A DNA stretch of 64,000 nt from the human T2T-CHM13v2.0 reference genome, Homo sapiens. The stretch lies in the NCBI RefSeq assembly GCF_009914755.1, contig NC_060927.1. One strand, given 5' to 3'. Positions 14,650 to 28,995 of this stretch are shown in pieces (within the stretch, counting starts at the first letter, position 1; every line of letters starts with the position of its first letter). Below the pieces are notes generated by a model. It did not search any database, was not told the DNA's origin, and saw only the letters and a program-made list of their open reading frames with translations. Both the position numbers and the translations under genes were made by a program.

Positions 14650-15560
14650 TTAAATATTAGGTCAATATACAAGAATACTTACAAAGTATACCTAAGGTAT
14701 AAAGAATAACTATGTAACAGATACTTAATGACAGTTTAAGCCAATTATCATTTACCATTAGCTCTGAAATTTCCAGAATGCTCCTCTGTGATACCAGTCT
14801 CTTCCCTCCCAAGTGTAACCATGATCCTGAAATTTGTGTTTATTATTCCACTACTTTTATGGTTTTGCCACATGTATCTCCCAATATAAACTTTGAGTGA
14901 ATAGAGTTACGTTGAAACTTGTGACTTGCTTCTTTCACTCAGCTTAAGTTCCTGAGATTCATCCATGCTGCTATAACTAGATCTGTTTATCTTATTTTCA
15001 CTTTTCCATCATTATTTGTGAATTGGTATTCTATAATTTGCTATCCACTTACTATTGATATCCTCTCTTTTTTTGCTATTATCATTAATTTCTGCTATGA
15101 ATATTGTTAAATATGTCTCCTGCTGCGCCTGATTCTAACAAGTAGAGTTGACTCATGAGGTATTTATATCCTCAGCTTCACGAGATAACACTAAATTGTT
15201 TTTCAAACAATTTTTGTTGTTACATTTGTTCTACCAGTATCGAATTGTTCCTGTTCTTTCACATTCTGGACAACACTTGACAGTGTCAGACTTTTGCCTG
15301 TTTGACAATTTGTTGAGTTTGAAATGATATCTCAATATTTTAATTTGCAATTAGACGTCTCCTTATTTGGAGAAGTTCTGTGTATTCTGGGCACTATCTT
15401 TTGCCAGTTCTCTTGAGTTGCACACGTATTCTCCCAGTTGCTTGCTGGCCTTTTCACTCTTATTTGGAGTCCTTTGATAGAGCAGAAGCTCTTAATATTA
15501 ACATAGTTGAGCCCATTAAGTTTTTTCTTTATGATTGTACTTTGTGTCTTCTATCTTAAA
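14650..15560 (-). mobile_element. Ancient L1M (L1ME-like) fragment
   Basis: 'cctgagattcatccatgctg', 'ctgctatgaatatt', 'caacacttgacagtgtcagactttt', 'agcagaagctcttaatatta'. Confidence 0.7.
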
Positions 15561-15573
15561 AATCCACAATCTA

Positions 15574-15917
<344 letters not shown>

Positions 15918-16393
15918 TTACCCAAGAGGAGAGGAAAGAATTGGATTGGCTTGGAAGTGGTTATTTTTACATTTTTTCATCTGTAGCTACACTGTGGGTA
16001 GAAAAATAGAAAAATTACTTGTGATAACCCAGATTACTTAGCATCTTTAGATAATAAAAGTTTACTCTTACTGTGGCATTCACCTCTAATTTAACTTCAT
16101 GAGTCTGTTTTCTTAGTCAACTGTACTAGATGCTAGAGATACAAAAATTGTTACGAGGAGGAAGCAAGCGTCTAGGCCTCCACATCTGGATAGCCATTCT
16201 CACATTTACCACATCACAGGGATGCCATGCAAGGGCAGTACACAGAAGTTTATCTGTGTTTCATTTTATAATCTTAGTATTTTGTGTGTCCATACTCAGT
16301 CTGCCCTTGGTTCCCACTCCCCACTTTGCTCTTCTTCGTATATAATTTGATTTGTGCCTCATCTTCTTACTAGTCTGAACATGTTGTTGAGGT

Positions 16394-16501
16394 AGGATAT
16401 CCAACCATCCTGGTTTGGCTGAAGTTGGGAGACCTCCTGGGATGCAGGACTTTTAGTGCTGAAACCAAGCCCCAGGTACCTGGGACAAATTGGTCACCCT
16501 A
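16394..16501 (+). mobile_element. MER81 (hAT-Blackjack MITE)
   Basis: Termini 'taggatatccaaccatcctggttt' and 'aaattggtcacccta'; degenerate 8-bp TSD tgttgagg/ctttgagg. Confidence 0.75.
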
Positions 16502-16804
16502 CTTTGAGGGCAAGGACTATGTATGTTGCATCTTTGCACCATGTACAACTCATTTTACAATGTTTACACATAGACAGTAGTTTTTAAATGGATTTTGCAT
16601 TAAGTTGGAAGGCACTCAGTTCTGACATGGATCCTTCCAGTCATTCTTGCAAGTTATGTTTATTTTCTAGCATCTGATTTCATGAAGCTGCCATTTTTCT
16701 TAGACAAGTTGACTCTTTTTTCTTGAATCCACTGACCTTAGGGTAGCAGTAAACTTTGTTTACCAACAGGGCTCTGTCATCCACATGAGGGATGTTGCCA
16801 TTAA

Positions 16805-17111
<307 letters not shown>

Positions 17112-18386
17112 AACTGTCATTTTTCCCCACAAATGCATCAAAGCTTGTTTATTAAAACAAATTTATTATGAATCAGGATTAATTAACAGATTAACATTTA
17201 ACATACTTTAATTGAAGATATTCATTTAGATTTTGTTCTGTCGTCAAGTAATCACAAAAGTTGTAGTTACCAAGTTTTCTGCCATTGTTGAATTATCCTG
17301 GAGGTCACATTTTTGTGTACAAATTGATGAGGGACTTGCTTCGTAGTATAATTTGAGAGGTGGCTGAACTGGCTTCTATAGCTAGACATATTTCCCCTTT
17401 TGGGCTAGTGAGTGCCTCCATTAGTTGTCACCCCTTCCATTGTAAGCCGTTTTTCCTCCCGCATTACCTTATAAACCACAAATGCCTGGAGGAGCCTCAG
17501 CATATTAAGACAGTTTTGATCGGTACCCCTTTTAGCAGAAGTTATTTTTTCAGCTGCTTTCCAAAGTAACAGATGAGAGGGAATTTGACCTTGTGAAAGC
17601 AATTGTGAGGCAGCCAGGTAGGAGGTGCCGCAGGAACACTGAGCAGCAGGGGCAGGAGGCCGTAGCTGTGTGTGTGTGAGCTGGAGTAGGACACCTTAAG
17701 GGAAATGGCTTTAGGGATCAACTTTGCTGTTCCACAGTGCTGTGACCTTGGGCAAGAGAAAAGTCTTTAACAGGTTTGATTTATGAGAATATTTTCTACT
17801 CTCGATAGAATGCAGTGGATATCTGATGCAGTTTTGTGCCATCTAAGTGACTACTGAGAGAAGATTTCCAAATTTCTCTGATTGCCATCAGTAGGGAGTG
17901 ATGAAGTGGGATTTTCTTTTCTAGTTGCCTTTATCCGTGTCGGTGAAATGAGAACAAAGCTCTCTATTCTCTCAATTTAGAAAGAAATCAGATCTGAATC
18001 TCCAAAATCAGTTGAACATCCTTCAACCAGTAGTTCCGTGTCTGATGTGTAGACAGTGGTAACTGCCATACTGAAAGAAATGTAGTCTTGTGATAATTCA
18101 GAACTGGACGTAACCAAAAAAGTGGTTTTTAATCACAAAATTATTTTCTGGATTGTAACAATTTGGAACTGGATATAACCCAAAAGGGTTTTTTTGTTTG
18201 TTTTTTACTCATGATATAATTTGTCTGAGAAAAGCTTCCCCAGTTGTGTGGCAAATAGGTTAGGAGGCCTATTTGAGTAAAAATCCAACTGCTGTTACAG
18301 TGGACCTTCAGAATAATTTAATTTGGTCAATTGTCCATAGCTGTAGTGAAATTTTGTCTTAAGAAGCGGTATCTGAAAGGAACTTA

Positions 18387-18716
18387 TGTTACAGACTGAA
18401 TGTCCCCCCTCAAATTGAAGCCTTAACCCCCAAATGTGACTATGAGGTCATAAGGGTGTGGCACCAATCCAACAGGATTGCCGTCTTTATAATAAGGGGA
18501 AGGAACATCAGGGAGACATACACAGAAAAGGCCCTGTGGGGACACAAAGAGAAGGTGGCCATCTGCAAGCCAAGAAGAGAGCCCTCACCAGAAACCAATC
18601 CTGTTGGCACCTCAGTCTTGGACTTACAGCCTCCAGAACTGTGAGAAAATAAATTTCTGTTGTTTCAGCAACCCACTAGCTGGAATTGTGTCACGGCAGC
18701 CTGAGCAGACTAATGC
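18387..18716 (+). mobile_element. MLT1A/B MaLR solo LTR
   Basis: TG...CA ends; 'gaaggtggccatctgcaagccaag', 'cagcctccagaactgtgagaaaataaatttctgttgttt'. Confidence 0.85.
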
Positions 18717-19299
18717 AGCATCTAATTTTAAAAAAATACTTTTCAAATATTCAATTTTCCCAAGTCCGGTGATCACCACTTGGTTTCTGAATTTGATTTT
18801 CTATTTTCTAGTGAAGAATTTTACCCTGTTCCTTCCCGTTCTAGGTTCACAGACTGACTTCTGGTCCTTGCTGGGGGTGCTGCCAGCCTTGGAGGCTGGT
18901 GAGTTGACTTTATAAGAAAATAGAAAAGCCTAAGTTACAGCACCAGCTTTCTTAGTTTTCCACAGTTCATGGTTCTCCTGTAGGCCACTAATATTCCTGA
19001 TACATCTCTCTAGCTTTTGTCATAATCAAAATCGGTTGACTGTATAATACGTGGTGCCTGCTTGCACTGATGCTGTGTTATTCTGTTTGTTTGTTTGTTT
19101 TCTAAAGGGGAATCTTGTAGATTACTAGAGAGTTCATGATACTCTGGTATCAGTTATGCCACAAACTAGTATTAATCCATGGACATTTCCCGCCAGCCCA
19201 ACCTGCCGCAGAAACTCAATTTGAGGGTTTTCTCTATGTTTCTCGTTAATATAACTTTCATCCTCTGCTAAGTTATCATTTCTCTTTACCTGGAGCCAG

Positions 19300-19846
<547 letters not shown>

Positions 19847-20018
19847 CTTTACGTTACCTATTGGCTTGACAAGCCCAATACATTCCCATTTCTTATTAGT
19901 ACACGAATCATAAATAATACTGAGAAACTATAACTTAATATTGTTAAATCTTCTTCTCTGTAATTATAGTAAAATTTGAGAGGAATTAGTATGGTATATC
20001 CCTATCTGTTTATTAAGG

Positions 20019-20020
<2 letters not shown>

Positions 20021-20050
<30 letters not shown>
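20021..20050. repeat. (GT)15 microsatellite
   Basis: Perfect run. Confidence 0.98.
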
Positions 20051-20053
<3 letters not shown>

Positions 20054-21065
20054 ATATGTTTAATAAAATCTTAGGAATACTAGGATTTGTTGAGTAGCGT
20101 TCTTATTTAAAAAATGTGTAAAATTTAAAATTATGTAAATATTCATAATACAGAAGTCTTCTTAGCTTTAAAGATTTACCTGGGTGAAGACAGGCATTGT
20201 CTGTACTTGATCAAGTAAATTTTCAGTTCATTCAAAATGTTTATTTTGCTTGCATCTTACCAAACCTCAACTTATAGTCAGTTGACCAAGTTATAAAAGT
20301 TCTCTTTCATTCCCATGAGATCTCAATCTATATTGGTGGAGGTGGGAGTAGTAATATTATAAGGCAAAATCTCTCATCTGTTCTCCAGAAATTAAGTCTT
20401 AACAATGTTTTCTAAGAGCAATAGCCCTGATGCAGTGCTTAATGCTTTATTTCCATATTTGTTATTTCTGACTGCTAGAAAGCAAAGGTCACTAGGTCAG
20501 GAAATTAGCTTAAGGGGGAAAAAGGAAAGTAGTTACTCTTAAGGTTAAAATCCATATAGTATGATGGGTTATTGTGATGAATATTTAGTTTTGAAAGACT
20601 TCATTTATTATGTAATAGCCATATGCAGTTAACAGAATGCTTCTGTTAGTGAACCTCACAAATGATTTAGTAACCCCCAGAGATTAGCTGGATGTTCATA
20701 TGTAGTAGAAGAAGAAAGCAAATTTGACATTAAAAACAACACATAATGCAATGAAAACAAAATACCCCTTAAGAGTTACCATGTACTATACAAGACCCAC
20801 CAGTCATCCCCAGTACCATTCAGAGCATGAGATTGATTCAGTCATGTCCACCATCTGGTTCTATACCGGTTTTCAAGTCCCAATGATCATAGTTTTGATA
20901 ATGTACCAGGTACCATATTAAGGGCTTCATATGTAAATAATTTTAAAGTTTTTTTTTTTAATTTGAAGAAACAGAAGTCAGGTTAACAAATATGCCTTAG
21001 GTAAAGTAAAATTCAAACCAAGTAAGTAAGAGTTCAAAGTTTATGCAGTATTAAAAATCATTTCT

Positions 21066-21373
21066 GGCCAGGCATGATGACTCACACCTGTAATCCCAGA
21101 GCTTCAGAAGGCCAAGATGGGAAAATCACTTAAACCCAAGAGTTCAAGACCAGCTTGGGCAACATAGGGAGACCGTATCTCTACAAAAAAAAAAAAACAA
21201 AAAAAAACAACAACTAAAAAATTAGCTGGACATGGTGGCGTGCACCTGTAATCCTACCTACTTAGCAGGCTGAGTGAGAGGATCGCTTGAGCAAAGGAGT
21301 TCAGGGCTGTTGTGAGCCATGATTGCACTACTGCACTTCACCCTGGGGGACAGAGCAAGACCCTGTCTCAAAA
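21066..21373 (+). mobile_element. AluJ, followed by a CA/TG/TA compound microsatellite (to about 21437)
   Basis: J diagnostics 'ttgggcaacataggga', 'gaggatcgcttgagc'; expanded middle A tract. Confidence 0.9.
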
Positions 21374-22019
21374 TACACATACGCACACACACACACACAC
21401 ACACGTGTGTGTATGTATGTATGTATATATATATATAAACTTTGTTTATGTCTCTCCTGATCTGTAATCTCTTAAAAGACAGAGACTGTATTTTTCTAAT
21501 TGTTTAATTCCCCTAGTGCTCATCTGGTACATTTTCTACCTAGTGCAGTCGTATCTTATTTAGAGTCTCATTTCTAAAAACTGTGCATAGACAAAATTGG
21601 TTTTCAAAACCTTTTAGGTAAAGCCCATGTTGGAGACTGACATATGACATTTCGGTAAACCCAACACTTCTGATTTTCTTCATAACACTGGAAAAATATG
21701 GCTGTTTTTCAGTTGAGCATTAGATAAAGGACTTTTCCTATCCTCAGGGGTCATGTTGTACGTAAAATATATTCTTTCATACACCAGAATTACACTCAAC
21801 ATGACATTGAGAGGCATGAAGAGATCAAGACTTACTCAAAGAGTTGCACATTTATGTCTCTCTTCTCATGCTCACTGTGGGGCATAGTATTGACATTGAG
21901 AGAACCCTGAACAGTATTATCCTTGAGCCTCTTAGGGCGTGATTTAACTCACATAAGTTAAATTCACCAATGGTGCCAAAATATTGTACCAAATAGAGAT
22001 AAAGACCTCACATTCCTTT

Positions 22020-22225
22020 AGCACTTACTATATGCCAGCCACATTGAATGAACTCTGCACTTAATAATTCTCATGACACTGCACAAGGTATATGTCATCA
22101 CTGTCTTTGTGTTATGAGTGATGAAGCTCAGGTGTGCCTCAGAAAAGCTGAGTAAATTCCCCAGGGTTGCCCTGCCAGTGAATGCCAAAATCAGGATTTA
22201 AAGACCTCAAATGCTTTTAACTATC
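22020..22225 (-). mobile_element. MIR
   Basis: 'agcacttactatatgccag ... aaattccccagggttgc ... aatcaggattta'. Confidence 0.65.
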
Positions 22226-22499
22226 TAGCTTTGCATTTTCCTTAAGAAATGTTGATTGAAAAATTACAAGTAATAGTATATATAATTTATATTTTGTATA
22301 TATAATTTATATATACATTTATATAATATCTATTTATAACATATATAAATTATATATACAATCTAAGGTTGTACACTATCTGCCTTTCGCTTCAAGTTGA
22401 TTTTTATAAATAGTCTTCTCCATGTTGTTTCTATATTCCAAAGAATTATTTAAGGTAGTAAAATCATCAGCCATTTGTAAATAGGAGTCCAGTCATGCA

Positions 22500-22610
22500 A
22501 ACCTTAGCTATAGCCCCACGAAGGCTACAACAGCTGGGAGCACTGTTCACATAAAACACAACATAAATGATGCCCCCACCCAGGATGCAGAACAATCACT
22601 GCCCTTGCCT
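22500..22610. mobile_element. Possible MER91-like hAT-Tip100 remnant
   Basis: 'gagcactgttcacataaaacacaacataaatgatgccccc' loosely resembles the MER91 palindromic core. Confidence 0.3.
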
Positions 22611-23717
22611 GCTAGCTAGGCACTGGATTCATCAAGAACATTTTAGGAACAGATAAACTCCTAAAACTCTTTATCACACTTCATTAGTTACATTCAGTGC
22701 TATGCGTCCAAATTCTGCTCCTGTACATGTTTAATAAACAGAGATGTCTACACATTGTCTGATTGTAAATTGTGAGGATTTCAGCATGGCGGACTTTGGG
22801 TCCATAAACACATAGGCTTCTCACGTTTATACAGAAAGTCAAGCTTGATTTGGGGCTTAAATCCATTGTGAAAATGCAGTAGATCTTTTAATTAGGTGAG
22901 GATATTTCTAAAGACATCTTTAATGTCTATTTTATTAGTGATGATAATGTAATCACAAAAACAGCTAAATCCAAAATATCCTCTCCACACTCATAGTAGT
23001 CCACCGCCTATAAAGGTCTTTAAGAAAGCAGAAGCACAGTGTTCATAACCTTGCTGGCATGAGGTTAATTCAGAAAGTCACTTGGTCTTTGCTCTTGACC
23101 TCAAAATCTACCTCCTGTTAAGAAGGAGAAAAAGGAAGAAAAGCATTTGCTCGTCACTTGTCAGGAAATAAAAGGAAGAAATGGGATACTGAGAGTAAAG
23201 TAGTATAGTGGAAACACGCATTTTCTATTTTCTACTTAAAGTTCCATTACCTTTCAACATTGTTGATATTGTAGATGAAGAAATGCTTGCCTACTCTCTA
23301 CAAATGATATCCTATCCCTTACAAGAACAGATAAACATAGTGGTTGGGAAACAATTTAAATTGTTTCTGAGTTCTTTGGAGGATTTCATGTAAATTCATT
23401 AGTAACTCTGGAACTATCTACTATGCATTTAAGGAATTAAAAATGTATTAGTTTCACTACACAAATGTATTAGCTTCCACTCTGTAGTTAAATGAAAAAT
23501 GTATTAGCTTATATGTATAAATATCTTAACATTCAGTCTGTAGTATTTTCTCTTAGATATTACTCCATTTGAACTAGTCTATAATGCAAACACTGCTTAA
23601 AGTCTCAATGCTGGAGAATTACACTTTTTAAAAAATTTTCTTAAGTAGCAGAAAATATTTGTGTATGCGGCAATATTTGTTTAATATAGCAAATAAGTAT
23701 TCCTTCCTAAAAATGCT

Positions 23718-23863
23718 CTTTCAGAACTTATTCAATGCTATAATAGTTTTGGAAACTGAAGAAGGATATTACTTTTTGAAAAATTTGAAAAAATGCTTTC
23801 AGAACTTACTCAATGCTATAATAGCTTTGGAAACTAAAGAAGGATATTAGTTTTTGAAAAATT
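23718..23863. repeat. Two-copy tandem duplication, period 78 bp
   Basis: 23718-23785 vs 23796-23863: 64/68 identical. Confidence 0.95.
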
Positions 23864-23867
23864 CTAG

Positions 23868-24209
<342 letters not shown>

Positions 24210-25022
24210 TTACATACATTAACCACTTGAAATCTAAAAAAAAGAAATCCAGTATTGGGGTGAAGATTTTATTCTTAGTAGAAAGACCTGGTATGTGCCA
24301 CTCAGTTATTGAAGGGATTCGTTTCATGTAGTAACTAAATATAGATCAGCAAGACAGATATCTCGGAACCATCTAGGGGAATTTGTAAGTTTTCATCGAA
24401 TTTTTTTTTTCTAGTGAGCGATGTTGCTGTATTACACTTAAACTGAAACCTATTCACTCTCTACGCACCTGTTCAATGCCACCACTCTGGATAACTGTTA
24501 AAATTCCTTTCCCTCTATATCTCCTTGAAAAATAGCCTGTTACATCTGATGGGTCAATCTGACAATCTCCAAAGAAAGATAAAAGTAAAGTCAAAAAAGG
24601 ACAGTGTGAGATATTGAGATACCAAACTGTAATTGGAAATGAAAATATTTTCTCTTCATTTTTCTGGTTCTCCCACACTTTTTCCTCTATTAACAATTTT
24701 AGCCATGCCTTATCTCCCATTTAACTGTAATTTGAAAGTGAAAAATCTGTGAGTAAAAAAGGTGCTGTTTGTGTATATCTACATAAACATTCATGCATCT
24801 CTATCCCCCATGTCCAGTGGCTCCTTCACCATGGAATAACTAGATCCCAATTTTCTGTTCCTTTGTCTTTCAGTTATTTTTGGAAGCTTTCACAAGGGCG
24901 CCTTGAATGTGCCCACAGCAGGACTTGTTAGTTGGAGGCACCACCCAGCATCTGCCCTGCTCATTGCCTATTGTGGCTTTTTCTGGCCATGTTCAGAGCT
25001 TGCTCTTGGATCTTGATGAAAT

Positions 25023-25526
25023 TGAAACTGGCCAGATTGTCCCATAGCACTGATGTTTATGGTTTCTTTAGAATAAACATAGAAACTGACCCTCCCAGTC
25101 TTAAAACTTGAGAAAGTTACGTTTGTTGAGTTCCTTTCTCAGGAAACCAACCATCAGGTCTCCCAGATAGTTTCAAGGAACTGAAACTTACCAGATCACC
25201 ACCTCTGGACAATGAGACACCAGACCCCTCACGCATCATTATTGCCTAACCGAGCACCTGCTTCCTGTGGACCAACTTCTCTTCCTTACTCCTCCCTAAT
25301 TCCTGTTTTCCCACATAAGGTTACATTTCTTCCCTGCTATATAAACCCCTAATTTTAGTTGGTGAGACAGATGAATTTGAGACTGATCTCCCATCTCCTT
25401 GGCTGCAGAACCTGATTAAAGCCTTCTTCCCTGACAATACTTGTTGTCCCAGTGATTGGCTTTCTCTGCAGTGAAAAGCAGAACCTAGACCAAACCCCAA
25501 ACCTTGGCATTTTGGTATTGGTAACA
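25023..25526 (+). mobile_element. MER39B ERV1 solo LTR
   Basis: TG...CA ends; matches recalled MER39B ('gtcccatag..ctgatgtttatggtttc', 'caaggaactgaaacttaccagatcacc'); TATATAAA at 25338-25345 and ATTAAA at 25415-25420. Confidence 0.82.
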
Positions 25527-26221
25527 AAAGCTTCCACCACCTATTAGGAGGAAGAGGACAATAGAGCTAATTCCACATACTCTAAAAACTTTACGTCATC
25601 AGGCATCAGAATGTACTTCATCCCCTCTCTTCTTTGGCCCCTCTGTTACTATTGAGGAACACTAATTATGCTTATGTAAATTAGACATAGAAGATAGAAT
25701 ATTTATTGCCTATAGGGGCTGTGTAATCATTTTATAGAAGTCAGACACCTACAACCTGCTCACCTGGGGAAAAAAACCCAGGAATTATTTATCTCTACTC
25801 TTTAAATTATCTGAGTTAATAAACACATCTAGAATTGAAGTGTTTTAGAAAATAAATAAAAGTCCTCCTTAATGCATTTTTTTATTGGATAATCTCCAAA
25901 CTTCCCAACCCAAACTCATATCTGTTTATTACTTTATAACTGTATCCCCACTCCTAATATGAACAGTGAAGTCCAAATAAGCTTATAAAACCCAAACAAA
26001 ATTACAAACACCAATTACCAATAGAGGTAGATAAATTTTTATAAGCATCAAATTTTATGAAGAGTGTTTTCTAGTCATTTAAATGTATTTGCTGCTGAAG
26101 GACAAAACAGTATTAACTATCTCAAAGGCAGTGGCTTTAGAATTGACAATACCCTTTCATATACATCTCTATATCAGTTTTTAATTATTTGTAATTATAG
26201 TGCATAGTTTCCATTTTCTTT

Positions 26222-26559
26222 TCCTCTTTCTTTCTTTCTTTGTTTTTTTTTTTTTTGGTTTTTTTTTTTTTTTGAGATAGCGTCTCACTCTGTCACCTAG
26301 TCTGGAGTGCGGTGAGTGGCATGATCTCAGCTCACTGCAACCTTGACTTTGAGGGCTCAGGTAATCCTCCCAACTCAGCCTCCCTAGTAGCTGGATCTAC
26401 AAGTGTGCACCACCACGCCTGGCTAATTTTTATATTTTTAGTAGAGACAGTGTTTCACCATGTTAGCCAGGCTGTTCTTGAGCTCCTGGGCTCAAGTGAT
26501 CTGCCTGCTTTGGCTTTTCAAAGTGCTAGGATTACAGTCCTGAGCCACCGTACCTGGCC
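26222..26559 (-). mobile_element. AluJ
   Basis: 'gggctcaggtaatcctccc', 'ctcctgggctcaagtgatc'; TSD tccattttcttt. Confidence 0.92.
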
Positions 26560-26611
26560 TCCATTTTCTTTACATACACAAGGTGCTTAAACCATTTTTT
26601 TAAATAAGCTA

Positions 26612-26772
26612 ATTGTAGAGGTACAATTTGTAAGTGAATGGATTAACAATTTGCCCATAGTTACAAGTTTAAAAGCAAAATGGATTCTGATTCCAGGTAT
26701 GGCTTCCAAATTCTGGCTTTTTTAAAACTGCAAACCATGATCAAAGTTAGATTAGGCATTCGATGAAGAGTC
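26612..26772. repeat. Inverted repeat, left arm (161 bp, partly MIR-derived)
   Basis: Reverse complement of 27178-27338 with 7 mismatches and no gaps. Confidence 0.97.
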
Positions 26773-27177
26773 CTCCTTTCAAAAGGAGCCCTCCTTTGCC
26801 TTATCTCTGAAACCAGCAGAGTACACACACTTCAGTTGCTGTTCTTCAGGTTGTGCAATACAGGGGCCCAAGTATGTCACCCCGTGATTGGTCCCTGCCT
26901 CAACAAGAAACATCACTGAGCTCTGAAGGTACCTCTGCTGTCTGTGTCTCTTGGGATTTGAATTCATCCTCTTGATTATTACTGCCCTGCTTATTCAACT
27001 CCTATAAATCCTATAAAGCCTGTATGTTTTACCATAGTTGTCACCACGCATGTGACATTGGGTTATCTGCCTAACCTCTGATGTCCCTCTAGATCTGTCA
27101 TCTAATACTCATGCCTACCCTTGCCTAAATGTATTTTCTACATTTCTAACTTCCGATTACAGACGCTTCCCTTGATT

Positions 27178-27338
27178 GACTCTTCATCGAATGCCTAATC
27201 TAACTTTGATCATGGTTTGCAGTTTTAAAAAAGCCAGAATTTGGAACCCATACCTGGAATCAGAATCTATTTTGCTTTTAAACTTGTAACTATGGGCAAA
27301 TTGCTAATTCCTTCATTTATAAATTGTACCTCTACAAT
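27178..27338. repeat. Inverted repeat, right arm (161 bp)
   Basis: Reverse complement of 26612-26772. Confidence 0.97.
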
Positions 27339-27989
27339 AGAGGTAGATAAATGATAGGTCTTTAATGAGTTACATGTATAAACTGCCAACCACAGTGGTG
27401 GAATTTATAGGAATTTAACAAGTGATAATTATTGTTCTCCTCTTGCTTGACTTTAACTTCCACCTTATTGGAAAAATTTTTCCATTAACTTCTACCTTAA
27501 TGCCCATTCTCACATGGCTTCAGATTCATGACCCTGTGCAGATTCTTTAAACCTGTTAGTGCTCTTTTGGATCCTTGATAATAGCCTTTCTCTGTTTCCA
27601 GCCTCACCTTCAAACTCCTGGTTTCATGTGATTCAGTGTTGTGCCCCTGTCCCCAACAGAGCTGTAGCAATAAAAGGTTTCCCTTTCAGGAAGATGTGAA
27701 TATGCCTTAAACCTCTTTAAGCCCTTAAAATGTAAATCGAATTTTATTTGTATTATAAAGAAAGTTGCGGTTTACAAATTGAAGATTTCTGTAATGAAGA
27801 AACATTTATCTTTTTTTTTTTACTTTCTGACACACATTCAGACATGTCATTAGCTTTTTTAAAACTGCAATAATCAATAAACTTTGATACTTACCTATTT
27901 TAATTCTATTCACAACTCAAAAACTGTATCAGAGTGAATTTCTTTATATGAAAACTAATATCGTTGATGAAACCATTTAGCTAGACATA

Positions 27990-28995
27990 TACAGTGTGAT
28001 GACTAACAGGCATCTCGAAGTCAACTTGTTGACCTGACCTCCTCTTTTTCTCCCCCAAACCTGTGTCACCTGCACATGTCCCCATTTCAGATAATGACAA
28101 CTTCATCTTTTTCATTGCTCAGACCAAAACCTTAAATTCTTTTAAATTTGTTTGCTTTCTCTCATGTCCCTCAGCCAATATGTGGCTTTACCTTTAACAT
28201 ATGTTCAGAACCCAACTATTAGTTCTCACCACCTTCCATGCTACCATTCTGGTCTGAGACACCAGCAAGCATCTTTCTTCTGGAATATTAAAATACCCTC
28301 CTCATTGGTCTGCCTTTTACTCCCTACAATCTATTTTACAATTTGGTCTCACTGCTTTTCCCCTTTCCTCCTACACTGTATTTTCAACACAGCTATCCGA
28401 GTGATTCTTTTAAAAAGTAAACCAGAACACAACATTCTTTTTTTTCTTCAAAAACTTGCATTGACTCTCCATTTTACTCAGAGCAAAGCCAAAGTCCTTC
28501 TCTTACTCTGTCATGTATAACCTGCACTGCATCCCTCCTCAACTATCTAACTCCTCTCCTCCTAATTCTATTCTATGATATTTTCTTCTATTCCTATTTA
28601 ATTCTGTCCTAGTTCCACTGGTGCCCTGCCCCACCTGTTAACATGCCAGGCTTGCACCTGCCATCAGGCTATGGTCTACTACTCCCTCAGATCAGTGCTT
28701 GCCCAACTCCATCTCTTCCTCAAAAATTTGCTCAGACCTCACCTTCTTAATGAAGCTATTCTAAACACCTATTTCCTACTGCATCTTACGCACTTCCCTC
28801 CACATTCATGGAGCTCCCTTACCCTGTTCCACTTTTTCTTTTTTTGGTAACATTTATAAACTTCTAACACACTATGTATTTTGCTTATTATATGTTTAAT
28901 AAATTCTTCAAGGGCATGCATCTCTGTTTTATTCCCTGAGAATAGTGCCTGGCACACAGCAGGTACTCGATGCATATTTATTAAATGAATGAATT
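27990..28995 (+). mobile_element. L2 LINE 3' portion
   Basis: 'aacaggcatctcgaagtcaac', 'tagtgcctggcacacagcaggtactcgatgcatatttattaaatgaatgaat' (L2 3' end). Confidence 0.88.

Noticed and set aside
18085-18230. Diverged ~66-bp two-copy repeat (gaactgga..taacc.aaaa)
   Set aside because: Short old tandem duplication with no further structure
23718-23863. CRISPR-like array
   Set aside because: Only two units, no unique spacers, eukaryotic context
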